The notes beneath the pieces are model-generated. The model did not search any database. It had not been told where the DNA came from and worked only from the letters and a program-made list of their open reading frames with translations. Below are positions 47,871 to 57,278 of a DNA stretch of 64,000 nt, one piece after another (position 1 is the stretch's first letter; each line of letters starts with the position of its first letter). Location of the stretch: positions 298,016-362,015 of the forward strand of contig CAWKID010000003.1 in NCBI GenBank assembly GCA_963849545.1. Direction: 5' to 3'. The stretch comes from an uncultured Acidobacteriaceae bacterium. Lineage in GTDB: Bacteria > Acidobacteriota > Terriglobia > Terriglobales > Acidobacteriaceae. Made by a program: the position numbers and the translations under genes.

Positions 47871-49394
47871 ATGCAGACTTCGGTCAAGGACACTTTGCCG
47901 CGCGACACCGCTCCCGGCAGCATCCGCGCAGGCACAAGCCCTTTGTGGACCTGGACGGTCGCGGGACTTCTGGCGGTCTTCTACTTCGTCACCAGCATCC
48001 AGATCGCGGCGCATCGCGTCTTCTGGTTCGACGAGCTGTTCACGCTGCACATCGCGCGCCTGCCGCACTCAGCACGATCTGGACTGCTCTGGGCAACGGC
48101 GTCGACGCGTTGCCGCCGGCATATTACATGACAGTGCCATGTCTTCGACTCGCTCTTCGGACCCGGCGACGTCGCCGCACGCATTCCCTCGATGATCGCC
48201 CTAGCCGTCGGACTGCTGCTCATCTTCGACTGCGCCCGCCGTCTTACCGATGGAGTCCACGGACTGATCGCGCTCTCGGTCGCCACCTGCTCGTTTCTTC
48301 CCTACTACGGTTACGAGGCGCGTTCCTACGGCATTTACTTCATGCTGGCCGCGCTCGCGTTGTGGGCGTGGACCAACGAGAGCCTGAGTCCGAAATCGCA
48401 GGCCATCCTCTTCGGACTCGCGTTCTTTGCGGGCGAGTGCTTTCACTACTACTTCGGCATGTGCCTGCTGCCATTCGTATTGTTTGAGTTGCTGCGCTGG
48501 AAGCCCGGTCAGCGGCCGTCGCTGAAGATCGTTGCCGGCATCGTTGGCTGCATCGTTCCGGTGCTCATTCTTTCGCCGCTTATCCTGTCGTTCTCGCGGA
48601 AATTCGCCGGGGGCTACTGGAACCGGCCCACCTTTCTTGAACTGCGCGCTATCTTCTCGCAGATCTTTCCCGATGGCCTGTTCCTGCTGTCGCTGATCAT
48701 GATCTGGATCGTGCTCTCGCGCAGCGACGACGAAACGGAAACGACGCTTGAGCCGATGCCATCCGCCGAAGTCATCGGCTGGCTGAGCCTCGCCATTCCG
48801 CTCGCGGCGTTCGTGGTTTCGATGAAGACCAATGCCTTCTACAGCCGCTACTTCATCGGCGTGCTGCCCGGGCGTCGCGGTAGCATTCTCGATCTTCGTG
48901 TGGCGGCACTTCCGGCGCGTGACGCAGGTCTCGATGGGAATTCTGCTGCTGCTGGCCGGATGGGGCGTCAGCCAGCAGATGACGGTCGTGCGCCATCCCG
49001 ACAAAGTCGAAGCCACTGGCATCCGCCCGTTCCTGGAAGTTGAAGGCTCACTGCATCTGGAGGGCAAGCGCTATTACGTCTTCTCCGGACCGATGCTGTT
49101 CCTGGAGGCGCAGCAGTACTCGGTCACATCCCGACCAGGTCGTGCTGGTGTTGCCCTCCGACTTCAATCGCAAGACGAACGGCGGCCCCGATCCCTATCA
49201 GCACCAGCGCCTTGAAGTGGGCCTCTCGCAGTATTACCCGATGCAGATCTGGACGGTGGACGATCTGGAGCAGCATCGCGCTAACGCGGCGTTGATCGAA
49301 CCGGACGATGGGATCGTACGTGATCTGAAGCGCAGGCGGAATGGCGATAACCACGAGATTCGCCGAGCCGGTGCACGTGGATTATCTGCAGTAG
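47871..49394 (+). pseudogene. GT-C-fold glycosyltransferase (ArnT/PMT, GT39/GT83-like), about 5 frameshifts
   Basis: ATG at 47871 after GAGAGGGG. First TM AGLLAVFYFVTSIQIA, then a loop HRVFWFDELFTLHIARLP (acidic DE motif). Many TM segments lie in ORF 48192..49043. The tail, re-framed, reads ..RYYVFSGPMLFLEAQQY.. / ..QVVLVLPSDF..QIWTVDDLEQH.. and ends ..EPVHVDYLQ* (stop 49392-49394). Confidence 0.6.
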
Positions 49395-49458
49395 CGGCTT
49401 TGAGCGCGATAAGCGGTTTCCTCAGCATGAGCGTTGGCTGCCTTGTGTCAGGCTCGGA

Positions 49459-49577
49459 AATTGTCATCACAAGGAGGGCTTCAGCCCGACGAGGGATCTG
49501 CTTCTTGCCGGCATCATCGATCATGCCCACGAACAGCAGATCCCTCGTCGCCCTGAAGGGCTCCTCGTGATGACAAT
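49459..49577. repeat. family-B palindromic element (complete)
   Basis: AATTGTCATCACAAGGAGGGCTTCAGCCCGACGAGGGATCTGC ... GCAGATCCCTCGTCGCCCTGAAGGGCTCCTCGTGATGACAAT. Confidence 0.85.
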
Positions 49578-49764
49578 GAGTAGTTTGCGTCCCGGACCTA
49601 CTGCCACTGCCTGGCCCCCTACTCACATTTCCCGCTTTCTTCTACAATAATCCAAAGCTGTTATCTTGCGCTCCGTCGCGCTGTTTCCAGAGCATTCCCA
49701 CATACAAATGCGAGCCGACCCAGACAGGGACTTGTGTCGCTCGCATCTCGATAGAGGAGCAGTC

Positions 49765-50865
49765 GTGAAGAAAATTGGAATCATCTTTGGCATGGAGACC
49801 ACCTTCCCGCCCGCGCTGGTGGACAAAATCAACTCCATGGGCGAGCCTGGCATTCAGGCCGAACTGGCCGTCGTCGGCGAAGTCCGCATGGCCGAGCCCT
49901 CGCCCTACGCACGTCATCGTCGACCGCATCTCGCACGACATCCCCTTCTATCGCGGCTATCTGAAGAATGCGGCGCTCAGCGGCACCTACGTCATCAACA
50001 ATCCGTTCTGGTGGAGCGCCGACGACAAGTTCTTCAACTACGCGCTCGGCCAAAAGCTGGGTGTGGCCGTTCCGCGCACGGTGCTCATTCCACACAAGCA
50101 GCATCCGGCCGGCACCACCGACCGCTCCATGCGCAACCTGCAGTTCCCCATGCCGTGGGACAGCATCTTCCAGTACGTCGGCTTCCCGGCCTTCCTCAAG
50201 CCCTTCGACGGCGGCGGCTGGAAAGACGTGTACAAGGTCAATTCGCCGGAAGAGTTCTTCAACGCCTACGACCAGTCGCGAGACCTTTGCATGACACTGC
50301 AGACACGGCGTGAACTTCAAGGAATACTTTAGGTGCTACGTGGTCGGCCAGGAGAAGGTGCACATCATGCACTACGATCCCTCCCTGCCCATGCACGAGC
50401 GCTACGTGAAGAATCCGCCGCCCACCGATCCCAAGCTGATCGAGCGCGTCGAGCGCGATTGCCTCACCCTGTGCCGCGCGCTGGGCTACGATCTCGAACA
50501 CCGTCGAGTTCGCCTGCGAGGACGGCATTCCCTACGCCATCGATTACATGAATCCCGCGCCCGATGCGGACGTGAACTCCGTAGGCCAGGCCAACTTCGA
50601 CTGGATCGTCAACAACGTTGCCGAACTGGCCGTGCGCAAGGCCAAGGAGCACACCGGACAGGTTTCCGAGTATCGCTGGAGCGCGTTTCCTGAACGGCGG
50701 CTTTGCCAACGAAGAGAAACCCGCGAAACCGCCGCCCCAACCAAGAAAAGCCTGGACGGGCCACCCAGCAAAACCGATTCAGACGCTGCCCCGGAATCCT
50801 CGAAGCCGGGAACCATGCTCGAGGCGGCATCTAAGCAATTGCGTAAACGAGCAACCAAGGGGTGA
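49765..50865 (+). pseudogene. ATP-grasp family ligase (unknown substrate), 3 +1 frameshifts
   Basis: GTG at 49765 after GAGGAG. VKKIGIIFGMETTFPPALVDKIN..; then VIVDRISHDIPFYRGYLKNAALSGTYVINNPFWW..FPAFLKPFDGGGWKDVYKV; then GVNFKEYFRCYVVGQEKVHIMHYDP..; then NTVEFACEDGIPYAIDYMNPAPDAD. Low-complexity tail. Confidence 0.7.
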
Positions 50866-50869
50866 TCAG

Positions 50870-52005
50870 ATGAACCGGCCAAGCCTCAGCATCGGAATTG
50901 AAGAGGAGTATCAGACCATCGATCCGGAGACTCGCGATCTGCGTTCGCACATCGCCTCCGAGATCCTCCCCAAGGCGAAGCTGGCGCTGCAAGAGGCCGT
51001 CAAGCCGGAGATGCATCAGTCGGTCATCGAGGTCGGCACGCGCGTGTGCCGCGACATCAAGGAGGCGCGCGAGAATATTCAATCGTTGCGCCGCGAGAGT
51101 GATCACGCTGGCCAGCGAGCACGGCATGCTGCTGGCGGCGGGCAGCACCCATCCGTTTTCCGACTGGAAGCTGCAGGAGATTTATCCCGACGAGCGCTAT
51201 CACCGCGTAGTCGAGGACATGCAGCTCATCGCGCGCGCCAACCTGGTCTTCGGGCTGCACGTGCACATCGGCATCGAGGACCGCAATACCGCGATCCACA
51301 TCATGAACTCGATGCGGTATTTCCTGCCGCACATCCTGGCGCTCGTCGACCAATTCGCCCTTCTGGATGGGCATGAACTCGGGCTTCAAATCGTATCGCT
51401 GCAAGGTGTTCGAGCGCTTCCCGCGCACCGGCATTCCCGACACGTTTCGCCAACTGGTCGGAGTACGAGACCTTTGTCGCTCTGCTGGTCAAGACCAACT
51501 GCATCGACAACGGCAAGAAGATCTGGTGGGACATCCGGCCGCATCCGTTCTTCAACACGCTGGAAGTGCGCGTGTGCGACATTCCCATGCGGCTGGACGA
51601 AACCGTCGCCATCGCCGCATTAATTCAGGCGACCATGGCAATGCTGTACAAGCTGCATGCATCCAATAAGAGCTATCGCATCTATGGACGCGCGCTGATT
51701 TCGGAGAACAAGTTCCGCGCCTCGCGTTATGGTATGCAGGGCAAGCTGATCGACTTCGGCCGCGAGGAAGAGGTTCCGGTGCGCGACCTGATGATGGAGT
51801 ACCTGGACCATGATCGACGAAGTCGTGGACGAGCTTGGCTCGCGCGAGGAAATCAATTACATTCACGAGATGTTAAAGATGGGCACCGGCGCCGACCGCC
51901 AGCTGAAGGTCTTCTGAGGAGACCGGCGACCTGAAGAAAGTTGTGGACTACATGGTCGCCGAGACGCGTGTAGGCGTCTTCGAGGGCGCCGCGGCACGGA
52001 AGTAA
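50870..52005 (+). pseudogene. carboxylate-amine ligase, YbdK / glutamate-cysteine ligase family 2 (GCS2), 5 +1 frameshifts
   Basis: MNRPSLSIGIEEEYQTIDPETRDL..PEMHQSVIEVGT..; GSTHPFSDW..ERYHRVVEDMQLIARANLVFGLHVHIG; [29 protein letters not shown]; [20 protein letters not shown]; final re-framed tail ..VFEETGDLKKVVDYMVAETRV..RK*. Confidence 0.8.
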
Positions 52006-52017
52006 GAGGGCAGAGCT

Positions 52018-52176
52018 CTTGGGTGGAGCAGGCCTTCAGTTGCGCTGAGGTTTTCTGAATTGCCATCACGAGGAGGGCTTCAGCCCGACGAGGGATCTGC
52101 TGTTGGCCGGCACTATCGACACTGCGCACGAACTGCAGATCCCTCGTCGCCCTGAAGGGCTCCTCGTGATGACAAT
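52018..52176. repeat. family-C-like fragment (52018..52050) followed by a complete family-B element (52058..52176)
   Basis: CTTGGGTGGAGCAGGCCTTCAGTTGCGCTGAGG, then AATTGCCATCACGAGGAGGGCTTCAGCCCGACGAGGGATCTGC...GCAGATCCCTCGTCGCCCTGAAGGGCTCCTCGTGATGACAAT. By eye about 90% identical to the 49459 copy. Confidence 0.85.
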
Positions 52177-52231
52177 GACTTTGTTAAGGCAGTGACGCAA
52201 AAGCATCGTCCATGATTCGAAAGGTACTTAC

Positions 52232-53270
52232 TTGATTCAACCAACTCTCACCGATCTCACCAAAACATCTTTCGATCCCGAGCTCTCGCCGGGCGCCCAC
52301 AACGCGGTCAATACCTGCCTCCGCATCCAGCCGTCGGAGAAGGTCACGGTCATCACCGACAACGAATGTCGCGAGATCGCCGCCAGCATCGCCGCCGAGT
52401 TGCAGAAGCTGGGCGCGCCCTTCAAGGCGTTCGTGCTGGAAGACCTGGCGCCGCGCCCGCTGACCGACCTGCCGCGTGAGATCGCCGAGGACATGGAGAC
52501 CAGCGACGTCTCCATCTTCGCCGTCAAGGTGCAGCGCAACGAGCTGAAGTCGCGCATGCAGATGACCGACATCGTCAATCGCCGCAAGATGCGCCATGCG
52601 CACATGGTGAACATCAACAAGCAGATCATGCTGGAAGGCATGCGCGCCGACTACGACAAGGTCGACGCCATCAGCCGCAAGGCGATGGAGATCGTCACCA
52701 ACGCTAAGGAAGTTCGCTGCACCAATCCCGCGGGCAGCGACTTCACCGCCAAGCTCAATCCCAACTATCCACTGGATCAAGACCAGCGGCATCATCAGCC
52801 GCGACAAGTGGGGCAATCTTCCCGGCGGCGAAATCTTCACCACTCCCGGCGAAGTCAACGGCATCTGCGTGGTCGACGGCGTGGTCGGCGATTATCTTTG
52901 CGAGAAGTATCAGGACCTGACGCGCCAGCCGCTGACCATCGAGATGAAGAACAACCGCATCACGAAAGTGTCGAGCGACAACAAGGAGCTGGAGCAGGAG
53001 TTCTGGGCCTACACCCACACCGACGAGAACAGCGACCTGGTGGGCGAGTTCGCTATCGGCACCAACATCGAGCTGACACACGTCATCGGGCAGATCCTGC
53101 AGGACGAGAAGTTTCCCGGCATCCACATCGCCTTCGGCAATCCCTACGGCGAGCACACGGGCGCAAACTGGTATTCGGCGACGCACATCGATGTGGTGGG
53201 CACGCAGTTCAACATCTGGGTTGACGGTCGCCAGATCATGGAGAAGGGCCGCTTCCTGATCGAGGCCTGA
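52232..53270 (+). pseudogene. M29-family (aminopeptidase T/PepS-like) aminopeptidase, one +1 frameshift near 52776
   Basis: ..VTVITDNECREIAASIAAE..SIFAVKVQRNE..HAHMVNINKQIM.. Then after removal of one C (TATCCAC) comes YHWIKTSGIISRDKWGNLPGGEIFTTPGEVNG..VVDG..GEFAIGTN..ILQDEKFPGIHIAFGNPYG. Confidence 0.8.
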
Positions 53271-53272
53271 CC

Positions 53273-54468
53273 ATGATTCCCGCCCTTCGCGAGGAATTCA
53301 ACCGCAACTACACGCCGGAGAAATACCGCGAGTTCCTGCGTGCGCTCGACGCCGCCAGCGGCACGCACATCGGCTTTCGCGTCTCTGAGACGCCGTGCTT
53401 CGTGCCCTACTCGCTGATCTCGCAGATGGCGGAGTACGGCCGCGAACTGGTTTCGCAACTGGTCGACAATCCCGACTACCGCAAGCTCTCCGATGTCGAC
53501 GATCCCGCCGGAATACAACGTCCCCAACGAAGCGCCGCTGCCGATGTTCGTGCAGGTCGACTTCGGAGTGGTGCGCAACGCGTCGGGCGAGCTTGAGCCG
53601 AAGCTGGTCGAGTTGCAGGCCTTCCCTTCTCTCTACGGATATCAACCCACGGCGGCGCATCAGTACGTCCGAGTCGTACGGCCTGTCGCGCGATCTTGGG
53701 ATTTACCTGAGCGGCTGCGATCGCGATGCCTACTGGCGGCTGATGCGGCAGCTCGATCGTCGGCGATCACGATCCCGAGAACGTCATCCTGATGGAGATC
53801 GATCCCGACAACCAGAAGACGCTGCCGGATTTTCTGATCACGCAGCGCGAGCTGGGCATCGCCATCGTCGACATCCTGAAGCTGATCAAGCGCGGTAACA
53901 AGCTGTTCTACAAGAAGGACGGTCGCGAAATCGAAGTCCGCCGCATCTACAACCGCTGCATCGTCGACGAACTGGAGCGCAAGACAGATCAAGCTGCCTT
54001 TCGATTTTCGCGACGAGCTCGATGTGGAATGGGCGGGCCATCCCAACTGGTACTTCCGCATCAGCAAATTTTCAATTCCCTACCTCAAGCACCCCTCGGT
54101 GCCGAGGACGTGGTTTCTCGATCAACTTCCGGCCTTCCCGGAAGATCACGAAAACTTCCTGCTGAAGCCGCTGTATTCGTTCGCCGGCGTGGGCATTAAA
54201 TTCGCTCCCACTCCGTCAGACATCGAGGCGATCCCCGAAGACCAGCGCCACAACTACATCTTGCAGGAACGGCTGCAATTCGAGCCGGTCATCGAGACGC
54301 CGCACGGTCCGACGCAGATGGAGATCCGCATGATGTATCGTCTGGCCCGAGGGCGGCCAGCTGACGCCGGTGTTGCCACTGGTGCGCATGGGCCGCGGCA
54401 TCATGATGGGCGTCGACCACAACAAGAATCTGGAATGGGTTGGCGGGTCGGCCGCGCTGCTGGCGTAG
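53273..54468 (+). pseudogene. hypothetical ATP-grasp-like ligase (glutathionylspermidine-synthase / circularly-permuted ATP-grasp-like), 5 +1 frameshifts
   Basis: Starts 2 nt after the M29 stop. Re-framed sequence: MIPALREEFNRNYTPEKYREFL..ETPCFVP..PKLVELQAFPSLYGYQ..ENVILMEIDPDNQKT..EIEVRRIYNRCIVDEL..WAGHPNWYFRISKFSIPYL..FLLKPLYSFAGVGI..YILQERLQFEP..RMGRGIMMGVDHNK..*. The family call is inference from the KP..S.AG.GI and E.D/IYNR pattern. Confidence 0.5.
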
Positions 54469-54686
54469 AAAGCGCATAACACCACGGCGAACACGAGGCC
54501 GGCAACAACCCTTCGCCGAAGACCTCTCCAGAATTATCGTCTCGAATCGTAGCGGAGGGATCAACGGTTCTCGCGCCGCAAAGGAAGCCACTTCCGTTCT
54601 GGGAACCATTTTTGATTTTTCTTAGATCAACTTGCTAACGTCACTGACAACCGTTTTTCAGTCGGCTATATTTCGCACTAACGTAA

Positions 54687-55040
54687 GTGTAGGCCACGCT
54701 CCATAGGGGCATCGCCAGAAGAGGCGTATCCAGCCCCGCTGAATACCTTTCCTTCCTTTGAGGAAATGATGGACGTGTGAGTCGCGCCCCTTGAGGGCGA
54801 GTGACAAAGATATAACCACCCCCACAGAAAAACCTCCTCCGTCTGAGGAGTTGACGAAAGTGTGACCTACGCCCCCTCAAGGGGACCGTCTAAAACACGC
54901 ATACCAACCCTTACAAATAGCCTCCTCATTCTGAGGAGATAGCAGAGGTGTGAGCCACGCCCTTAACCGGGCATCGTCATGAACGCGTAACTAACCTCAC
55001 GAAAACAATCCTCCTCCTTCCGAGGAGTGCGGAGAATAAC
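54687..55040 (+). repeat. four tandem ~85-88-nt units, each with two conserved hairpins; candidate structured 5' leader / cis-regulatory RNA of the downstream gene
   Basis: Unit starts are GTGTAGG 54687, GTGTGAG 54775, GTGTGAC 54860, GTGTGAG 54948 (next phase GTGCGGA 55027). Hairpin 1 is GC(T/C)CC-loop-GGGGC-like. Hairpin 2 is (C/T)TCCT(C/T)-5 nt-GAGGA(G/A). The last hairpin 2 ends 15 nt before the ATG. Stops occur in all frames. Confidence 0.6.
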
Positions 55041-55041
55041 C

Positions 55042-56820
55042 ATGAACCATAACCGGGTTACATATGTTCTTCTTCCATTGTTATTTCTGGCCTGCGTGAG
55101 TTGGGCCCAGACGCCGTTAACCTTTGTTCCGGCCGGACCGTGCCGAGTAGTCGATACCAGACTAGCTCCCGGTACGTTAGGTGGACCATTTCTCGCAGCC
55201 GGAGCCACCCGCGACTTCCCGTTACCTACTACCCCCAAGTGTGCCATTCCAAGTACCGCCCAGGCCTATGCGCTGAATGTGACGGTAGTGCCGCATGGCT
55301 ACCTGGGCTACATCACGTTGTGGCCGACCGGCCAGAACCGGCCGACCGTCTCCACGCTGAATTCGTTCGATGGACGATTCAAAGCCGTGGCCGCAATCGT
55401 ATCCGCGGGCACGAACAATGCTGTCAGCGCGTACACCTCCAACAATACTGACCTCGTTCTGGATCTCGTCGGCTACTTCGTAGGACCCGGCAATCCGAGC
55501 GCGCTGTATTATCATCCGCTGAAAAACTACTGCGAACTGATTAACACAAACGATCCCCCGAACCAAAGTGGCTTGGGCGGACCGGCATTATCTGCCGGGG
55601 TAGCGCGCAGCTTCCAGGTGAACAACACGATGAACTGCTCTCTTCCCTGGGATGCAATGGCCTATTCGCTGAACGTCACCGCAACACCCGCCAATGGACA
55701 TCCATTGGGATATATCACGGTCTGGCCTTCCGACCAGGCGCAGCCGCTTGTTTCGACGCTTAACGCACCCACGGGGACGACAGTATCGAATGCCGCCATT
55801 ATTAAGGCGGGAACCGGCGCCATCTCCATCTATGCTGACGCCGATACGAACGTCGAGGTATACCTGAACGGATACTTCGGTCCCGACAATCCGCCCTATA
55901 CCGATGCCTTCTACACGTTTAAACCGTGCCGTGGGCTTGACACTCGGCCGTACAACTTTGAACAGCGCTTCGACTATATCCTGCAGCAGATGGGCGGCTG
56001 CCAGTCGACTCTGCCGGTGATCGCACCAGCAGATATACCTCCAGTCACAGCCTTCGCGCTGAATGCGACACTGGTTCCAAATGCCGGTGTGGGCTACTTC
56101 CCGATCTGGCGGCACGACCAGCTCATGCCAACTCCTTCCACCCTGTATGCACTGGATGGCGCGGTCACTTCCAATATGGCGATCGTTCCAGCAACGCCAT
56201 TTACTGGACAGATTTCTGCCTATTCAAGTGCTGCAACCAACCTTCTGTACGATGTGTTCGGGTATTTTGCCAGTCCCGATCTGACGATCCTCACTCAGCC
56301 CTCAATGATTCCTGCCATGACAGCACATGTGCCTTTCGAGGCCATGACGATGCAGGCCCGTGGTGGCGTTCCGCCGTACCAGTGGTTCGGCGTCGGGATG
56401 CCGGCTGGTCTGAGCGTCGACAAGAACACAGGAACAATCAGTGGATGCCCGGTGAACATGGGTGGTAACCCAATGGTGATCTGGGTAAATGACGCAGCGG
56501 GTACGTGGCACAACATGAACCACCTCTACAATCTCCCGGTGCTGCCTGGACTGAACATTAATCAGGCAGGGGCGCTGCCGGACGGCTATCACAACCACTA
56601 TTACTCGGAAACCCTGGACTGCAGCGGCGGCCTAGCTCCATACGGTTGGACCCTGGTCGGCGGAAGCCTGCCGTCTGGCTTGACGTTAAGCGCTGATGGG
56701 GTAATCTCGGGCTTTGCTACGAATCCGGGAACCTGGACCTTCACGGTTCAAGTTGCGGATAACGAGTGCCCGAGTCCTAAGACTCACCAGCACAATTTGT
56801 CAATCCATATACAGAACTAA
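55042..56820 (+). CDS. secreted protein with three 'PCRVVDTR' modules and two C-terminal Ig-like (He_PIG-type) repeats
   Basis: MNHNRVTYVLLPLLFLACVSWAQ signal peptide. Module 1: PCRVVDTRLAPGTLGGPFL..AQAYALNVTVVPHGYLGYITLWPTGQNRPTVSTLN..LVLDLVGYF. Modules 2 and 3 are diverged (..AMAYSLNVTATP..ITVWPSDQAQPLVSTLN.. / ..PCRGLDTR..AFALNATLVP..). Ig-like repeats: GGVPPYQWFGVGMPAGLSVDKNTGTISG and GGLAPYGWTLVGGSLPSGLTLSADGVISG. Confidence 0.85.
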   Translation: MNHNRVTYVLLPLLFLACVSWAQTPLTFVPAGPCRVVDTRLAPGTLGGPFLAAGATRDFPLPTTPKCAIPSTAQAYALNVTVVPHGYLGYITLWPTGQNRPTVSTLNSFDGRFKAVAAIVSAGTNNAVSAYTSNNTDLVLDLVGYFVGPGNPSALYYHPLKNYCELINTNDPPNQSGLGGPALSAGVARSFQVNNTMNCSLPWDAMAYSLNVTATPANGHPLGYITVWPSDQAQPLVSTLNAPTGTTVSNAAIIKAGTGAISIYADADTNVEVYLNGYFGPDNPPYTDAFYTFKPCRGLDTRPYNFEQRFDYILQQMGGCQSTLPVIAPADIPPVTAFALNATLVPNAGVGYFPIWRHDQLMPTPSTLYALDGAVTSNMAIVPATPFTGQISAYSSAATNLLYDVFGYFASPDLTILTQPSMIPAMTAHVPFEAMTMQARGGVPPYQWFGVGMPAGLSVDKNTGTISGCPVNMGGNPMVIWVNDAAGTWHNMNHLYNLPVLPGLNINQAGALPDGYHNHYYSETLDCSGGLAPYGWTLVGGSLPSGLTLSADGVISGFATNPGTWTFTVQVADNECPSPKTHQHNLSIHIQN

Positions 56821-56942
56821 GTGAGAACAACCATAGGGCTCCCAGAATTTCGGGAGCCTGCTCTCCTGTAATCGAGATAGCTGCCGCATTCCAAACGAGA
56901 GCTCAGCCCTCCCCGTGGGTGCGCGCGGCGAAAGACGTCGCG

Positions 56943-57191
56943 TCAAGCGCGTGAGCGCCGACGCGACGTCTTCTTGGCCGGTGGTGGGTGCAGATGCTGT
57001 GACGCACTCTTCCGCGCGGCCGGACGTTTCGCCTGCCAATCGTCCAGCTGTTTGCGACGCTTCTGGCGAAAACGTTTCTCCTCCGCGCTCAACTTGGACT
57101 CGGCTTTGGGGCGGCAGCTTCCCTGCTCGTGCTCTTTCTTTCCTTTGACCGGCTCGTACCCAGGCCAGCAACGGCTCTGTTTGACAGACAT
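56943..57191 (-). CDS. small highly basic hypothetical protein
   Basis: MSVKQSRCWPGYEPVKGKKEHEQGSCRPKAESKLSAEEKRFRQKRRKQLDDWQAKRPAARKS... from the internal ATG of ORF 56943..57260. Coding status is uncertain. Confidence 0.35.
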   Translation of the reverse strand: MSVKQSRCWPGYEPVKGKKEHEQGSCRPKAESKLSAEEKRFRQKRRKQLDDWQAKRPAARKSASQHLHPPPAKKTSRRRSRA

Positions 57192-57278
57192 AGAGCTTTG
57201 GAGCGCTGCGCCGTCGCGAGGGTTGTAACCCGGCGTCCCCCGTGGTGAAACTCTTCCCATAAAATAGATGCATCCGTC

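Noticed and set aside
54687-55040. Tandem repeats considered as a CRISPR array
   Set aside because: There are only four units. The conserved part (~50 nt with two hairpins) is longer than the variable part. The period is ~87 nt with no 28-37-nt repeat/spacer alternation. No cas genes are in the window. The last unit merges into a ribosome-binding site.
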